DNA of 64,000 nt, from contig OZ251224.1 in NCBI GenBank assembly GCA_965240325.2, positions 1,612,001-1,676,000 on the forward strand, given 5' to 3'. The position numbers were made by a program, and so were the translations under genes. Positions 24,148-37,033 of the stretch are shown in pieces (within the stretch, counting starts at the first letter, position 1; every line of letters starts with the position of its first letter). The notes beneath the pieces are model-generated. The model was given only the letters and a program-made list of their open reading frames with translations. It ran no database searches and had not been told where the DNA came from. The DNA comes from Rebecca billardiae RCC1528 (taxonomy: Eukaryota; Protista; Haptophyta).

Positions 24148-24690
24148 CACGCCATCAGGCATGGGTGGACTGCAGGTGTGCATGGGAGCGCTCCGGGGAG
24201 ACCGGAAAGGGCGGGTCACGGCCGGCGCTCGTGGGCGCAAGCGCGCGCCCCAGGCTGCTGGCACAGGGCTCGCGGATCAACTTGGATTGATCTAGAGATG
24301 ATGCGGCTTGGACCTTGGTCCGCTTGGTCGGTTGCTCTTGTGACGATCACCATCGAGACTGATCGGCTGGACACTGGACTTCCGACTCCGTTTACTCCGT
24401 ACTCTTCCCTGGGAATCCACCATCAGGCATCACAGTGAACGATCCGACATCTCCGGACTCGCAGCGCGGCCGCGGGCGACCCGTTCACGGTCTGCTGCGC
24501 GAGACGGTTTTATTTTATTGCGCCGGCTCACAGCAGATTACGTACAGCTGTCAAAGTGAAAGTGCCGGGCGCGCGCCCGCGCGCACCTCTGGGCACCGCT
24601 GGCAGCAGCGCTGTAGGCGGTGTTGTCTGACAAATACGAATAATGACGATATAAATGTACTACGGTTTTCATCGCTCTATCAGTGCTATA

Positions 24691-24862
24691 TGTGGGGTTA
24701 TTGGTACAATAACTGATTGTCTAAGAGGACGACAAGAACGCCGGGCGCCAGCGCCGCTCATCAGCCACATCGCCCTCTACCAGACCATCGCCTCAAAGGG
24801 CTGCTCCCGGACAAACACGGTCTGTCCGGGTTACATGTATATATATATATAGAGAGAGAGAG

Positions 24863-24928
<66 letters not shown>

Positions 24929-25431
24929 TCTAGCCGTCCTCGTGAACGCCGGCGCCAAACGCTGCGGCCGGCAAAAGGTGGGCACGCCCGTGGCATGTCG
25001 ATGCCGAGGCGGCTGCGTGTGTGACTCCTGCTCAGTGGGATTTACGTGTCCTCATGCCTTGGCGAGCGGCAGCAGATGCGGTGGGCATGCCGCCCGCCGT
25101 CGACGAGATTGCCGAAAGATGTTGGTCGGTGCACGCGACGCGCCACCCGCGTGCGAGCCACAGCCGCCGGCGACGCGGGGAGCGCGTGGTCGATGGCCAT
25201 CGAGCCTTCGCTCGCGCTGTGGCTGGAACAAGCTGAGATGCCGTCACCGCCCCGAAACGAAGATCTTCTTGTCCGGGACGGAACAACCCGGACGGGCTGT
25301 TTGTCCGGCAGCAGCTCGTTGAGGTAATGGTCCGGTAGAAGGCGATGGCCGATGGAGCTGATGAGCAGCGCTGGCGCGCGGCGTCCTTGTCGTCCTCTTA
25401 GACAATCAGTTATTGTACCAATAACCCCACA
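24691..25431. mobile_element. MITE with ~145-bp TIRs (TGTGGGG...CCCCACA), TATA on both flanks, internal (TA)/(GA)/(GATA)n
   Basis: Outer TGTGGGGTTATTGGTACAATAACTGATTGTCTAAGAGGACGACAAG is perfectly inverted; imperfect match continues to ~24834/25285. TATA at 24687-24690 and 25432-25435. Confidence 0.92.
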
Positions 25432-25619
25432 TATACAGGTATATAGGTAGGTAGATACTATATGTAACTACAGACAGATAGATCGATTATACGATAGAGT
25501 CTTGTAGTTAGTCTTAGTAGCGAGTCGCGGTACAGTAATCAGAATATCGATCCGAGGTCGAAAATGCGCTCGCTTTATTCCGCCGCGGTGATTCGGCTAA
25601 GGGCCGGTAAGTACACTGT

Positions 25620-26105
25620 AAGGCCGGGTCAGAGCTCCGACCGTTACACTCCCGAGTGACAGCACAATCTCCCGAAATCTCCAAAATATGAAATATCTCC
25701 TCGGTTTATAACTGTTTGAGTCCGTTTACGCCTTCGTTTAGACACTGAGTAATTCCAGGGTGTAGAATCCGCCTGTGCCACTTTCAGACTGCCAAATGTG
25801 AGACTCTAGCCGGTGCGATTCTGGTGCAAATAGCGAGATCACCTTGGAGATCGTGCATCTCCCCTATTAATAATGTTCATGTTGCCGAGATTGCGTCGAG
25901 ATTGAGCTCGTATATCTCCAGCGTGTGACATTTAGCTAAAAATTAGTTTCGCAAAACTGCTTGTCAACGGTGTGACCCCAGGTCATTTCCTAATATGGCG
26001 AATATTGACATCCCGAAGTTTATATCATGATGAGATTGCTTATTCATCTCGATCATCAAGACGACAGAATGAGAAATTTCGGGACTTTTGGGCCACACAC
26101 CCCGG
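25620..26105. mobile_element. Possible DNA-transposon remnant with repeated GAGAT/ATCTC motifs
   Basis: AT-richer block; TCCCGAAAT present in inverted orientation near both ends. Confidence 0.3.
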
Positions 26106-26153
26106 TCCCACTGAGTTGGGGCTGTGCTGACCCCTCTAGCCGGTACTACTAAG

Positions 26154-26262
26154 CTCTCTCGACTCTCCTCTCTGGTCTCTCTCCTGCCGACTCAGACTCT
26201 CCTCTACTGCTCTCCTCTCTCTCTCTCCGTCTCACTCTCTCTCTCTCTACTCTCTCTCTCAC

Positions 26263-26308
<46 letters not shown>

Positions 26309-26328
26309 CAGTTATATATATATATATA
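26154..26328. repeat. Degenerate (CT)n + (TA)n microsatellite
   Basis: Read directly. Confidence 0.9.
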
Positions 26329-26656
26329 CACGCGACTGATTTGCAACGTCGTGACCCCGGGGCGCTGGCAACGGTGAGCAGTCTGGTGATAGAACTGACT
26401 GACTGTCAGCCAAAGTCTCAGATGCAGACCCGCAGCCTAATGCGGCGAGTGTGGCAGCAGGGCCGACTCGGGCGCGCAGCAGCGCAGGCGTCACGCTCCG
26501 ATGCGATCCGATGGACGCAGCAGCAGAAGCCAGCAGATGATGATGACGATGAAGCAGGAACGAATCATTACGATGCAGTTGGAAGAAGGCGGCTCGCTGC
26601 AGCGATCTGTGATGACACGCCGGGGCGCAGCGCTGCACCGAAGGGCGCGGGCCGGA

Positions 26657-29600
26657 TCAGATGCCCAAGCTCTTCGTGATCACAGCGAGCTCCTCCTTGG
26701 GTGTTAATCGCCGATGGAGGGAGAACGGGCCGCGCCGCACAACCTGTCGGCTGCTGCTGTGCGTGCTGCGCGCGCTCGGCGGGCGGATCGGCGACGGCCG
26801 AGGCCGGTCGCCGGCGAAGGGCGGCGGCGGGTCCTCTTCGTCTCCCGGCCCCGCCTCGAGCGCGGTCCCGACGGGCGCGGGCTTGCGCATGACCGGGCCG
26901 AAGGAGGCGAGCGCGACGGGCATGATCACGAGGCCGCAGATGAGCCCGAACGCGATGGTGCCCCAGACGAAGATGAAGAAGATGCGGAAGAGCGCCGAGC
27001 GCGATGCGGCGATGCACACCGTGCCTGTGGTGACGCGCGCGGGGCGCGCGGCAGTCGCTCGGCTCGGTCAGCCGCTGTGCGCACAAGGCACACCGCCGCG
27101 CGTGTGCGCAGCCACAGCCGGGGCGCAGCCGCGCGACAGCGTGCGGCCGCAACCGGCGCGCACCGAGCAGCGTCGAGCCGCCCGCGTTGAGGATGGAGAC
27201 GCCGACTGTCCTGAGCGAGTGCCGAACTTTGGCGTCCCTGCATCGGTAGAGCGCGCGCGCAGCGGGCGCGGCGCGCACGGCCGATGAGCGCGGTGCGGTA
27301 AGCCGGGGTGCCCGCTGCCGCTGAGGCGCGCGCCGGCTCGGGCGCGCACCGAGTGTCGCAGTCCGAGTGCTGGTACGCGTGCCCCAGGTGGCACGAGTAG
27401 TCGATGGCGAGGCCTGCGCGCGTGCGGGGCGCGCGCGGGCACATCATGAGCGCATCGCGCCGCGCGCCGCGCGCCGCACGCCACGCTCGCGCGCACCGAG
27501 CGCGATCAGCAGCGAGAGCAGAGTGATCACGTTGAGCGGCACGCCGTTCAGAGCCATCACGCCAAACAGGATCACGTCGATCGAGGCGACGGCAAAGACG
27601 GAGAAGAAGGCGATGAGCGGGTGCAGGAAGAGCGACGTGCACACGCCGATGATCGGCGCGGCGGTGAGCAGGTTGCGCAGGCTGATCTTCACCATGTTCG
27701 CATCCATCCACGCGAACTCGTACTTGACCGCGTACACGTACCCGTCGACGCCGTGCCTCGAGAAGAAGGCCTGCATGATCACCCAGTCGTCGTACGCCTC
27801 CATGTACACCTGCGGCAGCAGCACCATGATCACCACGCGGTGCGCGGCCACGACGCACCCCGCCGTCGAGTTGCCCGCGCAGTCCTCCGGGTTCGCCAGG
27901 ATCACGTCCTCGACGAGGTCGCGCCCGCCCTCCGCCGAGACGGGCGGCTTGATGAGCCGCTGCTCGCGCGGGATGTAGGCCTCGTGCGGCGTGCTGTTGC
28001 TCACGTCGACCATCTCGTCCTCCTCGTCGTCGTGCGCGGGCTCTGCTGCCTCGTGACTCTTCTTGCTCCCGTCGGCCTTGCCCTTGTCCGAGCTCGGCTC
28101 CTTCTTCGGGCACACGTTGCAGGTGCGCGGGCAGTACCGCCGCACCGTGCGCCAGCCGGTCTGGCCCTCGGCGCAATGCGAGACCGCGACCGAGCACGGC
28201 CGGCCGCCGCTCAGCCGCTTGAAGGACGAGTCCTTGTCGGTGCAGCTTGAGTCGATCTCCTTGTCCTCCTCCTGGCGCGCGGCCTCCGCGTCCTCAGCCT
28301 TCTGGTTGCACACCTCGTGCGTCGAGCCGTCGGCGAGGAACTCGGCGATCGAGCAGTTCTCGACAGGCGGCAGCGCGCCGCGCAGCGGCGTGCTGTCGCC
28401 GCGCTCGGCGCGCACGCACGCGCACCACTCGCCAAAGCGGTCGATCCAGTCGACGTGCGCGCGCAGCACAAAGTCTCGCGAGAGGGTGTCGTCGATCACG
28501 CGCTGCACGCCGCGCACCTGCTCCACGTCGCTCACGTTCGTGTTGCGGAACACGAGCATCACCGGCGTGGGCACGAACCCGGACCAGTACCCGTCGAGGT
28601 CGTCGAGGAACTCGCCGATCGGAGAGCCGTCCGCGATCGTCTGCCGCTGCGGGAGGCCGACGTTCACGTGCGGCGCGAGCCAGATGGCGACGCCGACGAG
28701 CGCGCCGTACAGCAGCAGCACGACGACGCGCGTCCGCACGTCGAGGAGCACGTCGATCGCCGAGTACGCGCACTTCACGCTCGCCGAGAGCTCGGTCGAG
28801 ATCTGCTTCATCAGCGACGGCACGCGCGGCACGCCCCCCGGCTCGGCCGAGAGCGAGGAGCGCTTGGAGGCGGAGGCGCGCGAGGAGCGTGCCGAGCCCA
28901 GCCCGGCGTGCTTTGCGCCGTTGGGCGAGATGCCGCCCTTGAGCAGCTCGCCGTCGCTGAAGCTGTGGCTCAGCCGGCGCTGCACGCTGCCGTACTTGGG
29001 CGGCGGGTGCGCGCTCGCCGCGTGGCGCGAGAGCTCGTCGCGCCGCTTGACCACCTTGAAGCGGCGGCGCGCGTCGAGCAGCAGCAGCGCGGCGTAGAGC
29101 GTCATCTGGATGTGGTAGAGCACAAGCACGCAGATCGAGGCGGTGCCGCAGAAGTACGCGTAGATGGGCAGGTCGCACGTCCAGCCGGTGAAGAAGGTGG
29201 CGGCGGTCGTGAGCGTCGTCATCGTCACCGCGCCGCCGATCTCGTACAGCGCGCCACCGATCGTGCGCGCGCCTGGCCGGCGGTTCAGCCCGCGCGAGCG
29301 CTCCTCTTCGGCGATGCGGTCAAACGCGTCCGTCAGGATGATCATGTCGTCGACCGAGACGCCGAGGAGCGTGAAGCACACGAGCGGCGAGATGGGCGTG
29401 ACCGGGATGCCGACGAGCGACGCGATCCCGAGCCCGGAGGCGAGCGAGAGCCCGGAGCACGCGAGCGACATGCAGCCGAGCAGGTAGCGCGCGTGCGCCG
29501 CGTCGCAGCCCCAGCGCGAGAGCGAGAGCGAGACGTAGACGAGCACGACGCCAAACGCGATCCCAATCAGGTACGCGTCGTTCTTGACGAAGCGCGAGGC

Positions 29601-31289
29601 CTCCTCCTCGTTGAAGTGGCGCGACCAGAAGGAGACGTGCACCTCGTCGTCCGCCTCGGCGAACCGCTGCGCGTGCGCGCGCACCGACGCCTCCCACGAG
29701 GCCGCGTGGCCGTCCCAGAACCACGGCTTACTCACGTCGAGGAAGTAGCTGATGATCACCGCCTGCGCGCCCGCCACCGGCCCCGAGCCCAGCTCGTCGA
29801 GGTCGCGCCCGCCCAGGTCGATCGTGTGCTCGCGGAACGCGTCACTCAGCGTCCTGGGCACGTCCTGGTCCTCGTCGAGCATGTCCTCCGAGTACAGCCA
29901 CAGCTGCAGCGGCGAGACGACGATGCACTCGTCCTTCTCGCGGATCTGCACGTACCTGCGCTTGCACAGCTGCTGGAAGGTGACCGTCTCCGTGCCGTCC
30001 GGCCGGCGCGGCGGCGCCGGCACCGGCGCGGTCGAGTTCGGGTCGGCGGGGTACACCGGGTGGCCGAGCGTGGCGTGCCCCTTGGAGATGTCATCCGCCG
30101 CGTGCGCCGAGTACGGCGCGTGCAGGTGCGTGATGTCCGAGTGCAGCCGGAGCAGCTTTTTCATGTACTTTCTGCTGAGCACGTCCTCGTCGCCCGACTT
30201 TGAGCGCAGCACGATGATCAGCGGGCTCGGCGTCTCGCCGAACGCCGCCTCCGTGTCGCGCCGCTCGCGCGCGAGCTCGTTGCGCTGCGCGATGTACAGG
30301 TTGTGCGAGTCCGACTCGAACGACGCCCAGCGCACGCCGCACGCAAGCGTCACGTGCAGCAGCACGGTGAAGAGCACGACGAGCCTCGGGAAGCGCGCCA
30401 CGTACGTGCCCCAGTGCCCCAGCCCGCGCGCGACCATGCGCTCGAAGCCGCGCTTGGCCTCCGCGCCCTCCGCCACGTGCTCCACCCACGGCTCGTCCTC
30501 CTCGGGGTTGTCCGCGCCGTTCGCGCCTTTGATGCGGCTGCGACGGTGCCGTATGGACGGCGGCGTCGCCGTGAGCGCGGCTTGCCTGCCCTGATCCGTC
30601 GGCGCCTCGTCGCTCTTACACCGCGCGGTCATCAGCCGCTGCGAGTCGGACGAGCCGGTCGAGAGAGGCGGCGGCTGCTGGCCTTCGCTCAGCCGCAGCA
30701 TGTTGAAGCGTGCAGTGCCTCGCCCGCCGGCCGCGGCCACGCCGACGGCCACCTCGTGCGACCACCTCTCCGGCCTCGGGGCCACTCGAGTGACGCGCTT
30801 GTCCGCCGCGAGAGATTCAGCCGCTTCCGCGCCCGGCAGCTGGACGGGCGGCGGCATGGGCGGCAGCGCGGTCGGCAGCACGGTGGGCGGCTGCGGGCGG
30901 GTGGGCTGTACGTCGCCTGAACCACGCTGCATGTTGCAGTGTGCAATGTCGCTGGCACCTCGCTGCAGGTGGGAGGGTGGCATGTCGCTTGCTCCTCGCT
31001 GCTGCAGCGCCGCATCGGACTTGGACTTCCGAGGGCCCTCGTCGCGGCGGAAGAGCGAGCGGAAACCGCCCTTTCGCCCCTTTGGCGAGCTCTCTGGAGA
31101 CTGATGCGCCGTCGCAAAGCCAGGCGCCGTCAGCCCCCCCCCATCCTCAGACGGCGTGACGCGCACCCGCCGATTCTGAAGCTCGCTCATGAGCTCCTCG
31201 TCCGTCGCCTCGTGCAGCGGGACCGAGCGGCTGACCTCGGAGGGCGGCTTCGTGCCATTGGAGCTCGAATCCCGCGAGTCGCGCGACAT
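26657..31289 (-). CDS. Patched/NPC1-like RND sterol-sensing-domain protein with an ShK-like insert; exons 31289-27497, 27413-27350, 27237-27164, 27024-26657
   Basis: SSD motif LLGVSVDDMIIL; EIGGAVTMTTLT; second half LNVITLLSLLIALGLAIDYSCH, VGVSILNAGGSTLLG, FGLICGLVIMPV. Three GT-AG introns restore the frame. Confidence 0.9.
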
Positions 31290-32922
31290 GCCCACACACC
31301 GCCCCCACCCGGGCCACTAGGCGCGCGGCCGACCCGCGGCGTTCGCCGTCACTAAGCGGTGCCGCCCGGCTGGAGATTCGCCGCTCCAAGCGCCGCCACC
31401 CCTTTCGTCCTACTTGCCCGCGATGGGATGCGCTGGCTGCCTGGCTGGCCAAAGTTCATTTGCCTGCCGTCCACGGAGGTCACCAAGCCAGCCCCGGCTG
31501 GCAGTGATGAGAGAGTGGAGCCCACGTGCGATCGAAGTGAGAATGACGCCGCCGAGAAGGGAACACTTCAGACGCACGCCGACAACGATGGACGGCGGAT
31601 TCTCGGCAGATGCACCTAACTTTTTGGGGAGGCTGCTCACCTTTCGCGCTAGATTCCTTGACGACGATGGCGGCGTCTTTCGCGCGCGCCGTCGCACTTA
31701 TCATCAGCCGGCCAACATCGGGCCGTAGCAGTGGCTGATACTTGCAGCCATTTCACCTCTCCATGGAGAGCGCTGCCACATCTGCTGTTGCGGCTGTCGA
31801 GCACACGCCTAGTCAACCATAACTAGCCCGCCCTCGAAGACCTTGCGCCACGTGGTCGAGCTCATGATGGGGATCACACCATGCCACACAACGTCTTCGC
31901 GGAGGCGGAGGCGGCTCCGCTTGAGAGTTCAGTGCATCGTCCGGAAAATATATCGAGCTCCGTCGGCAGCCTTGGTAACACTCGTGACGTGCCTGCCCGG
32001 CTGCTGAAGTACGAGGATGCGATGTCACTCGTTGGCGATGCGCACGGTTCTAAAGTTGCTCCGAAGTGTACGTAGGCGGTAGGCCCCGAAACAAAAGCAA
32101 GCACATATCAGCGACCTGATGGTGACCCGGCTGACTGAACTTACCAGAGTTGGTACTACTATTACCTCGAATGAATTTGGTCGACGGCGCTCCGTTGCCA
32201 CTAATCAGGCACCTCTGTTGGCCTCACTTGAGCGGTGATGAGCAGCGAGCTGATGCCTGACGGCTGGTGTGGTGAGAAATGTTCCTAGGAGCCCTCTGCC
32301 CCAAGCTTGACACAGCTGCTGCGTGCCACGGCGTAGGGCGTGGTGGCCCGCCACGCTGCACGTCCGTGCTGCGTAAGCTCTGAGGATTTGTTTTAGAGCC
32401 GAGAGCGGCCCGTGATGCGCCCGCTAGCCGCTTGCCCTGATAGTGATTGATAGTCTGTGATGCGCGTGCGCGCTCCTCCCGGGACCGTCATCGGCACTGG
32501 GCTGTGACCACTGTGAGCTCTTCTCACTCTGTGTGCTATGCTGAGAATACGGGTACGACACTTTCCGGGAGCTATATTATTCAGTTTAACAGTTTTTAAA
32601 ACCCCGGGCCGAGTCAGACCCGCAGTCGCACCTGGCCTCGGTAATAAATCTGATTCGTCTGGGTTGCTTGTGCCCGTATTTATGCTTTATCTAATATGGA
32701 ACCTCATGCGCACTATATATGATGATTCATGATCGAATATATCGCCGATGAATCGTATCACCGTCTGTAATGACGAAGTATGAAGCAGACTGAAGTGGCA
32801 CATAGGTGATATCGGAGACGGAGTCACCTGGTCTCATTCTCAACGTTTTGATTGACAACCGACCGGGCGACACCGTATCTAGCCGCTTACTCTATACTAT
32901 GATACTCTATAGTCATAGACTG

Positions 32923-33000
32923 TAGCCTATCCCGTATCCAGTTCTGCTAGGCAGTCAATAATAGCCTATCCCGTATCCAGTTCTGCTAGGCAGTCAATAA
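32923..33000. repeat. Perfect tandem duplication 2 x 39 bp
   Basis: TAGCCTATCCCGTATCCAGTTCTGCTAGGCAGTCAATAA twice. Confidence 0.95.
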
Positions 33001-33535
33001 GTTAGTAATAATAAGCTCAGAGTAGTATATATCCATTTTAATTCTGGCTGAGCACTCAGCAGACTCACCGTGCAGTGGCGCCCGGACCGTGGCAGTGTGA
33101 GTGGCACCGCAGCTAGCACGGGACTGAGTCACTGAGGACTCACCGAGTACTGTTAGTAATTAATATATAATTCGTAATTACATATATATACAATAAATAT
33201 CAATGCAGTCATGACGGCCATAATAAGAGTTAAGACGGCCACTGACTCTGACAGCAGACAGGGGCATCTGGCATCGGCTGCCCGCTTAACGGCCTCAGAT
33301 TCCTCAGAAGTCCGCGGACAGAGGTTTCAACCCTGCGCGATGGCCTTGATGGACGTGACCCTGGCAGTGTGTGTCACTGCCAGGCGCCCACAGCGAACGC
33401 GGAACGCAGCCCACGGCCACGAGTCCTGACTCGACAGTGTGAGGCGCGCGGACCCGGGCTGTAAAGCCGCTGAGGCCGGCTGCAGCGCGCACGAGCCAGG
33501 CCTGCCACGGTCTGCCGCATGGGTGGGCGACGAGC

Positions 33536-34579
33536 CTACGCACTGAGGCGGTCCATGACTGCCTTCACCTCCTCGGTCGTGTAGATGTGGAAGCGCGGTT
33601 GCCTCGTAGACCCGGGCACGTAGTGGCACGCGAACGCCAGGGGCTCAGACTCCGGCGCAGGCGGCAGGGTGATGCTCGCGACAGAGATGTTCGTGTCTGT
33701 GATCTTCTCCTCCATCACCTGCTTAAGCGTGCCGACCGCGAGCACCTCCGCCTGCGCAAGCGTCATGTCCTTCTTGTACGCCTCCTGCAACGCCGTCTGC
33801 GCGCCCTCCGACGCCGAGCCGATCGCCTTGGCGTCGTAGCGCGAGTAGGTGCCGGACGGGTCGGTGTGGTACAGCAGCGGGCCCTTCTCGTCCCACGCGG
33901 CGATGAGCAGGCTGACGCCGAACGGGCGGCTCATCGACGCCTCGTCCGTCTCGCCGAAGCCGAGCGCGAGGTCGCAGATCGACTGCGTCAACGCCTCGGC
34001 GAGCATCGGCTCGTTGAACGCGAAGCGGTGGTACTGCGCAGCAAGCGCGCGCGGTGGAAGTGGGCATGGCGCACGCGAGTCGTGTGAGTGAGCACTCTGG
34101 CGTTGTGAGAGGGGCGGCGAGGGGGTTGGGGCTCCTCACCTGAGCCTCCGAACGCGCGTGCTCGACAAGCGTCCGAGCATCCGCGGTGAGGCCGCTCATC
34201 GCGGTACCCATGTGCGAATCGATCTCGGCGATCTTCTCGACGCTGTCTGGCTCGAGCAGCGGCGACGAGATGCGCTTCTCGACAGCGAGCACGACGCCCT
34301 CGTCCGTGCGGATGCCAACGACGGTGGAGCCTAGCTTGATCGCCTCGATCGCGTACTCCACCTGGAAAAGCCGTCCCTCGGGGCTGAACGTGTTCACGCC
34401 CCGATCATACTCGCTCCTGCGCGCACGCGCGGCGGCGCACACCCGCGCGGTTCAGATTGTGGTAGCGGACCGCAGGGCGTCCGAGCGGCATGCTTGGCAG
34501 AGTGCGGAATGAGACCGGCGCTACCGTGCCGACACGCCGCCTTGTCCGCCGCGCGCGGGGCGCACCTGGTCATAAACAT
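33536..34579 (-). CDS. PSMA5: Proteasome subunit alpha type-5; exons 34579-34566, 34416-34140, 34033-33536
   Basis: [58 protein letters not shown]. Confidence 0.97.
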
Positions 34580-34728
34580 GGCGGCTGTGTCCCCCGCGGC
34601 GAGCGCGTCGGCGAGCTGAGCGGCAGTGGCGCACTGGCGCGTTGTGAGCGTCCGGCTGCGCCGGCCCCGGACCGCGCGCCGCCCTGGTTGGTTCGCATCT
34701 CCCGGTACACGTGTGTGGGATGCACAGC

Positions 34729-36801
34729 ATGAGCAGGCGGCGGGTGGCCATGCTCCGGCCGCTGGTGCTGGCGCTCGCGTGCTGTGCGCTGGCGCAGGGC
34801 AGGCCGACGGTGCGCAACGTGAAGACAGGATCGGAGTGGCGCAAGCTCCTCGCGCATCACGCGGAGGTGACGGGCTTGCCTGTCATCGTCGACTTTTACT
34901 CGGATGGGTGCGGGCCGTGCCGAATGATCGCGCCGCAATTCAAGGCGCTGGCCGAGGAGTACAAGGACCGCGCCGTGTTCGCGAAGGTGGACGTAAACTA
35001 CAACCACCAGGTGGCCTCCGAGCAGATGATCCGCTCAATGCCCACCTTTCAGATGTACCTCTTTGGCAAGAAGCGGGACCAGTTCTCGGGCGCTGACATC
35101 AACCGGCTGCGCTCGATGCTGCAGGAGCTCGTGCGCGAGTCGAAGATGAAGAACGTCGAGGTGACGCTCGAGGCATTCAAGGAGTACTACAAAGAGGTGG
35201 CGCCCGACAAGCTCGGCGACGACGCCAAGCTGCAGCAGCTCCTCGACCGCAACGGCAAAGGCGGCGGGCCCGGGCACTACGCGCTCGTGAACGCGCTCAA
35301 GAAGAAGTACGGCGGCACCGGGCCAAAGACGCGCCCACGCGCGGTGGAGAGCGCTGCGCAGCAGAAGCCCGCGGCCGGTGGCAAGAGCGGCGGCGTGGGC
35401 GACAAGCCGAGCACCACCGACTGCCGCTCCGTCGCGCCGAGCGAGCCCAACCTGCACCTGGCGAGCGTGGAGGCGCTCGAGGAGGAGCTGCGCAGGCGGC
35501 GCGAGGAGGAGGAGGACCGCCGCTTCGCCGCGTCGGACGACGCGGACGACGACGACGAGGAGGAGGAGATGTGCGCGTTCCCGCTGTACAACTCGACCTA
35601 CGCGCCCCCCATCGAGAACATCGCCATCATCGGCGCTGGCCCCGCCGGCCTCGCCGCCGCGATCTACGCGGCGCGCGCCGGGTTGCGGCCAGTCGTGGTC
35701 GCGCCGCCGATCGGCGGTCAGCTGCAGGGCAAGGGCGTGCTGGTGGAGAACTACCCGGGCGTGAACGACACGACGGGCCCCGACATCGTGTACGGCATGC
35801 AGCTGCAGGCCGCCGACTTCGGCACCATCTTCGAGCAGGACGCCGTCACCGAGCTGGACGTGCGCTCGCGCCCGTTTGTGCTCAAGACGAACCAGTCGAC
35901 AATCCACGCGCACTCCATCGTCGTCGCGACAGGCGCGGACTCGCGCTGGCTGGGCGTGCCGGGGGAGTGGGACTTCCGCGGGGGCGGCGTCTCGTCGTGC
36001 GCCACCTGCGATGGCTACCTCTTCGCCGAGCGCCCCGTCGTCGTCGTGGGCGGCGGCGACACCGCGATGGAAGACGCGCTCGTCCTCGCGCGCACGTCGA
36101 GCGCCGTCACCGTCGTGCACCGCCGCAGCTCCTTCCGCGCGTCGCACGTGCTCGCCAAGCGCGTTCTGGAGAACAAGAAGATCACGGTGCTGTGGAACAC
36201 GGAGGTGGTCGCGTTCGAGGGCTCGCGCGTGCGCGTGCTCGCCGGCGGCGTCAACGTGCAGCTCGACGCCGACGGCGCGCCCGTCGAGGAGGACTTGTCT
36301 GGGCTGCGAGTCAAGCAGCTGCGCGAGCGGCTGGACGCGCTCGGCGCCAGCTACGAGGGCATCAAGGACAAGGACGAGCTCGTGCGCGCGCTGCGCGCGG
36401 CGATCGGCGAGGCGCTCGACGCGTCGGAGGGCACCGCGGAAGAGCAGACTCTCCTCTCGCGCGTGCGCGTGCGCGCAACACCGGATGCGGACGAGCCGGG
36501 CGCCGAGCGCACGCTCGACGTGGCCGGCGCCTTCATCGCGATCGGCCACGACCCAAACACCAAGTTCCTCAGGGGGCAGGCGGAGATGGACGAGGCCGGG
36601 TACCTGATCACCCGGCCGGGCACGACGCGCACGAGCGTCGAGGGCCTCTTCGCCGCGGGCGACGTTGCGGACAAGATCTACCGCCAGGCCGTTACGTCTG
36701 CGGGCAGCGGCGCCGCAGCCGCGCTCGACGCGGAGCGATGGCTCTCCGAGCAGGGCCACTGCGGCGGCTGCAGCCCAGACGCGGAGGGCCCGAAGGTGTA
36801 G
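34729..36801 (+). CDS. Signal peptide + thioredoxin + low-MW NADPH thioredoxin reductase fusion, with a SAP-like insert
   Basis: VIVDFYSDGCGPC; IIGAGPAGLAAAIYAARA; GVSSCATCDG; VVGGGDTAMEDA; GLFAAGDV..YRQAVTSAGSG. Alternative start 34750. Confidence 0.92.
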   Translation: MSRRRVAMLRPLVLALACCALAQGRPTVRNVKTGSEWRKLLAHHAEVTGLPVIVDFYSDGCGPCRMIAPQFKALAEEYKDRAVFAKVDVNYNHQVASEQMIRSMPTFQMYLFGKKRDQFSGADINRLRSMLQELVRESKMKNVEVTLEAFKEYYKEVAPDKLGDDAKLQQLLDRNGKGGGPGHYALVNALKKKYGGTGPKTRPRAVESAAQQKPAAGGKSGGVGDKPSTTDCRSVAPSEPNLHLASVEALEEELRRRREEEEDRRFAASDDADDDDEEEEMCAFPLYNSTYAPPIENIAIIGAGPAGLAAAIYAARAGLRPVVVAPPIGGQLQGKGVLVENYPGVNDTTGPDIVYGMQLQAADFGTIFEQDAVTELDVRSRPFVLKTNQSTIHAHSIVVATGADSRWLGVPGEWDFRGGGVSSCATCDGYLFAERPVVVVGGGDTAMEDALVLARTSSAVTVVHRRSSFRASHVLAKRVLENKKITVLWNTEVVAFEGSRVRVLAGGVNVQLDADGAPVEEDLSGLRVKQLRERLDALGASYEGIKDKDELVRALRAAIGEALDASEGTAEEQTLLSRVRVRATPDADEPGAERTLDVAGAFIAIGHDPNTKFLRGQAEMDEAGYLITRPGTTRTSVEGLFAAGDVADKIYRQAVTSAGSGAAAALDAERWLSEQGHCGGCSPDAEGPKV

Positions 36802-36938
36802 GCAGACTGTAGGCGCCCGTGGCTGCTGGTGTGCTGGCAGACGGTGACGCCACTGACGTTCGCTCCCGGCAGCGCCGATGCCGCGGCAACCCGCGTCCGC
36901 GGGCAACGGCACTGTCATAGAATATATATATTTAAAAC

Positions 36939-36976
<38 letters not shown>

Positions 36977-37033
36977 CGATACTATTTACTAGCTTTAATT
37001 TGAATCTTGAATTACACTTTACAGCAGCAGCGC

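Noticed and set aside
32923-33000. 39-bp repeat as a CRISPR array
   Set aside because: Two adjacent copies, no spacer, eukaryotic context, no cas genes.
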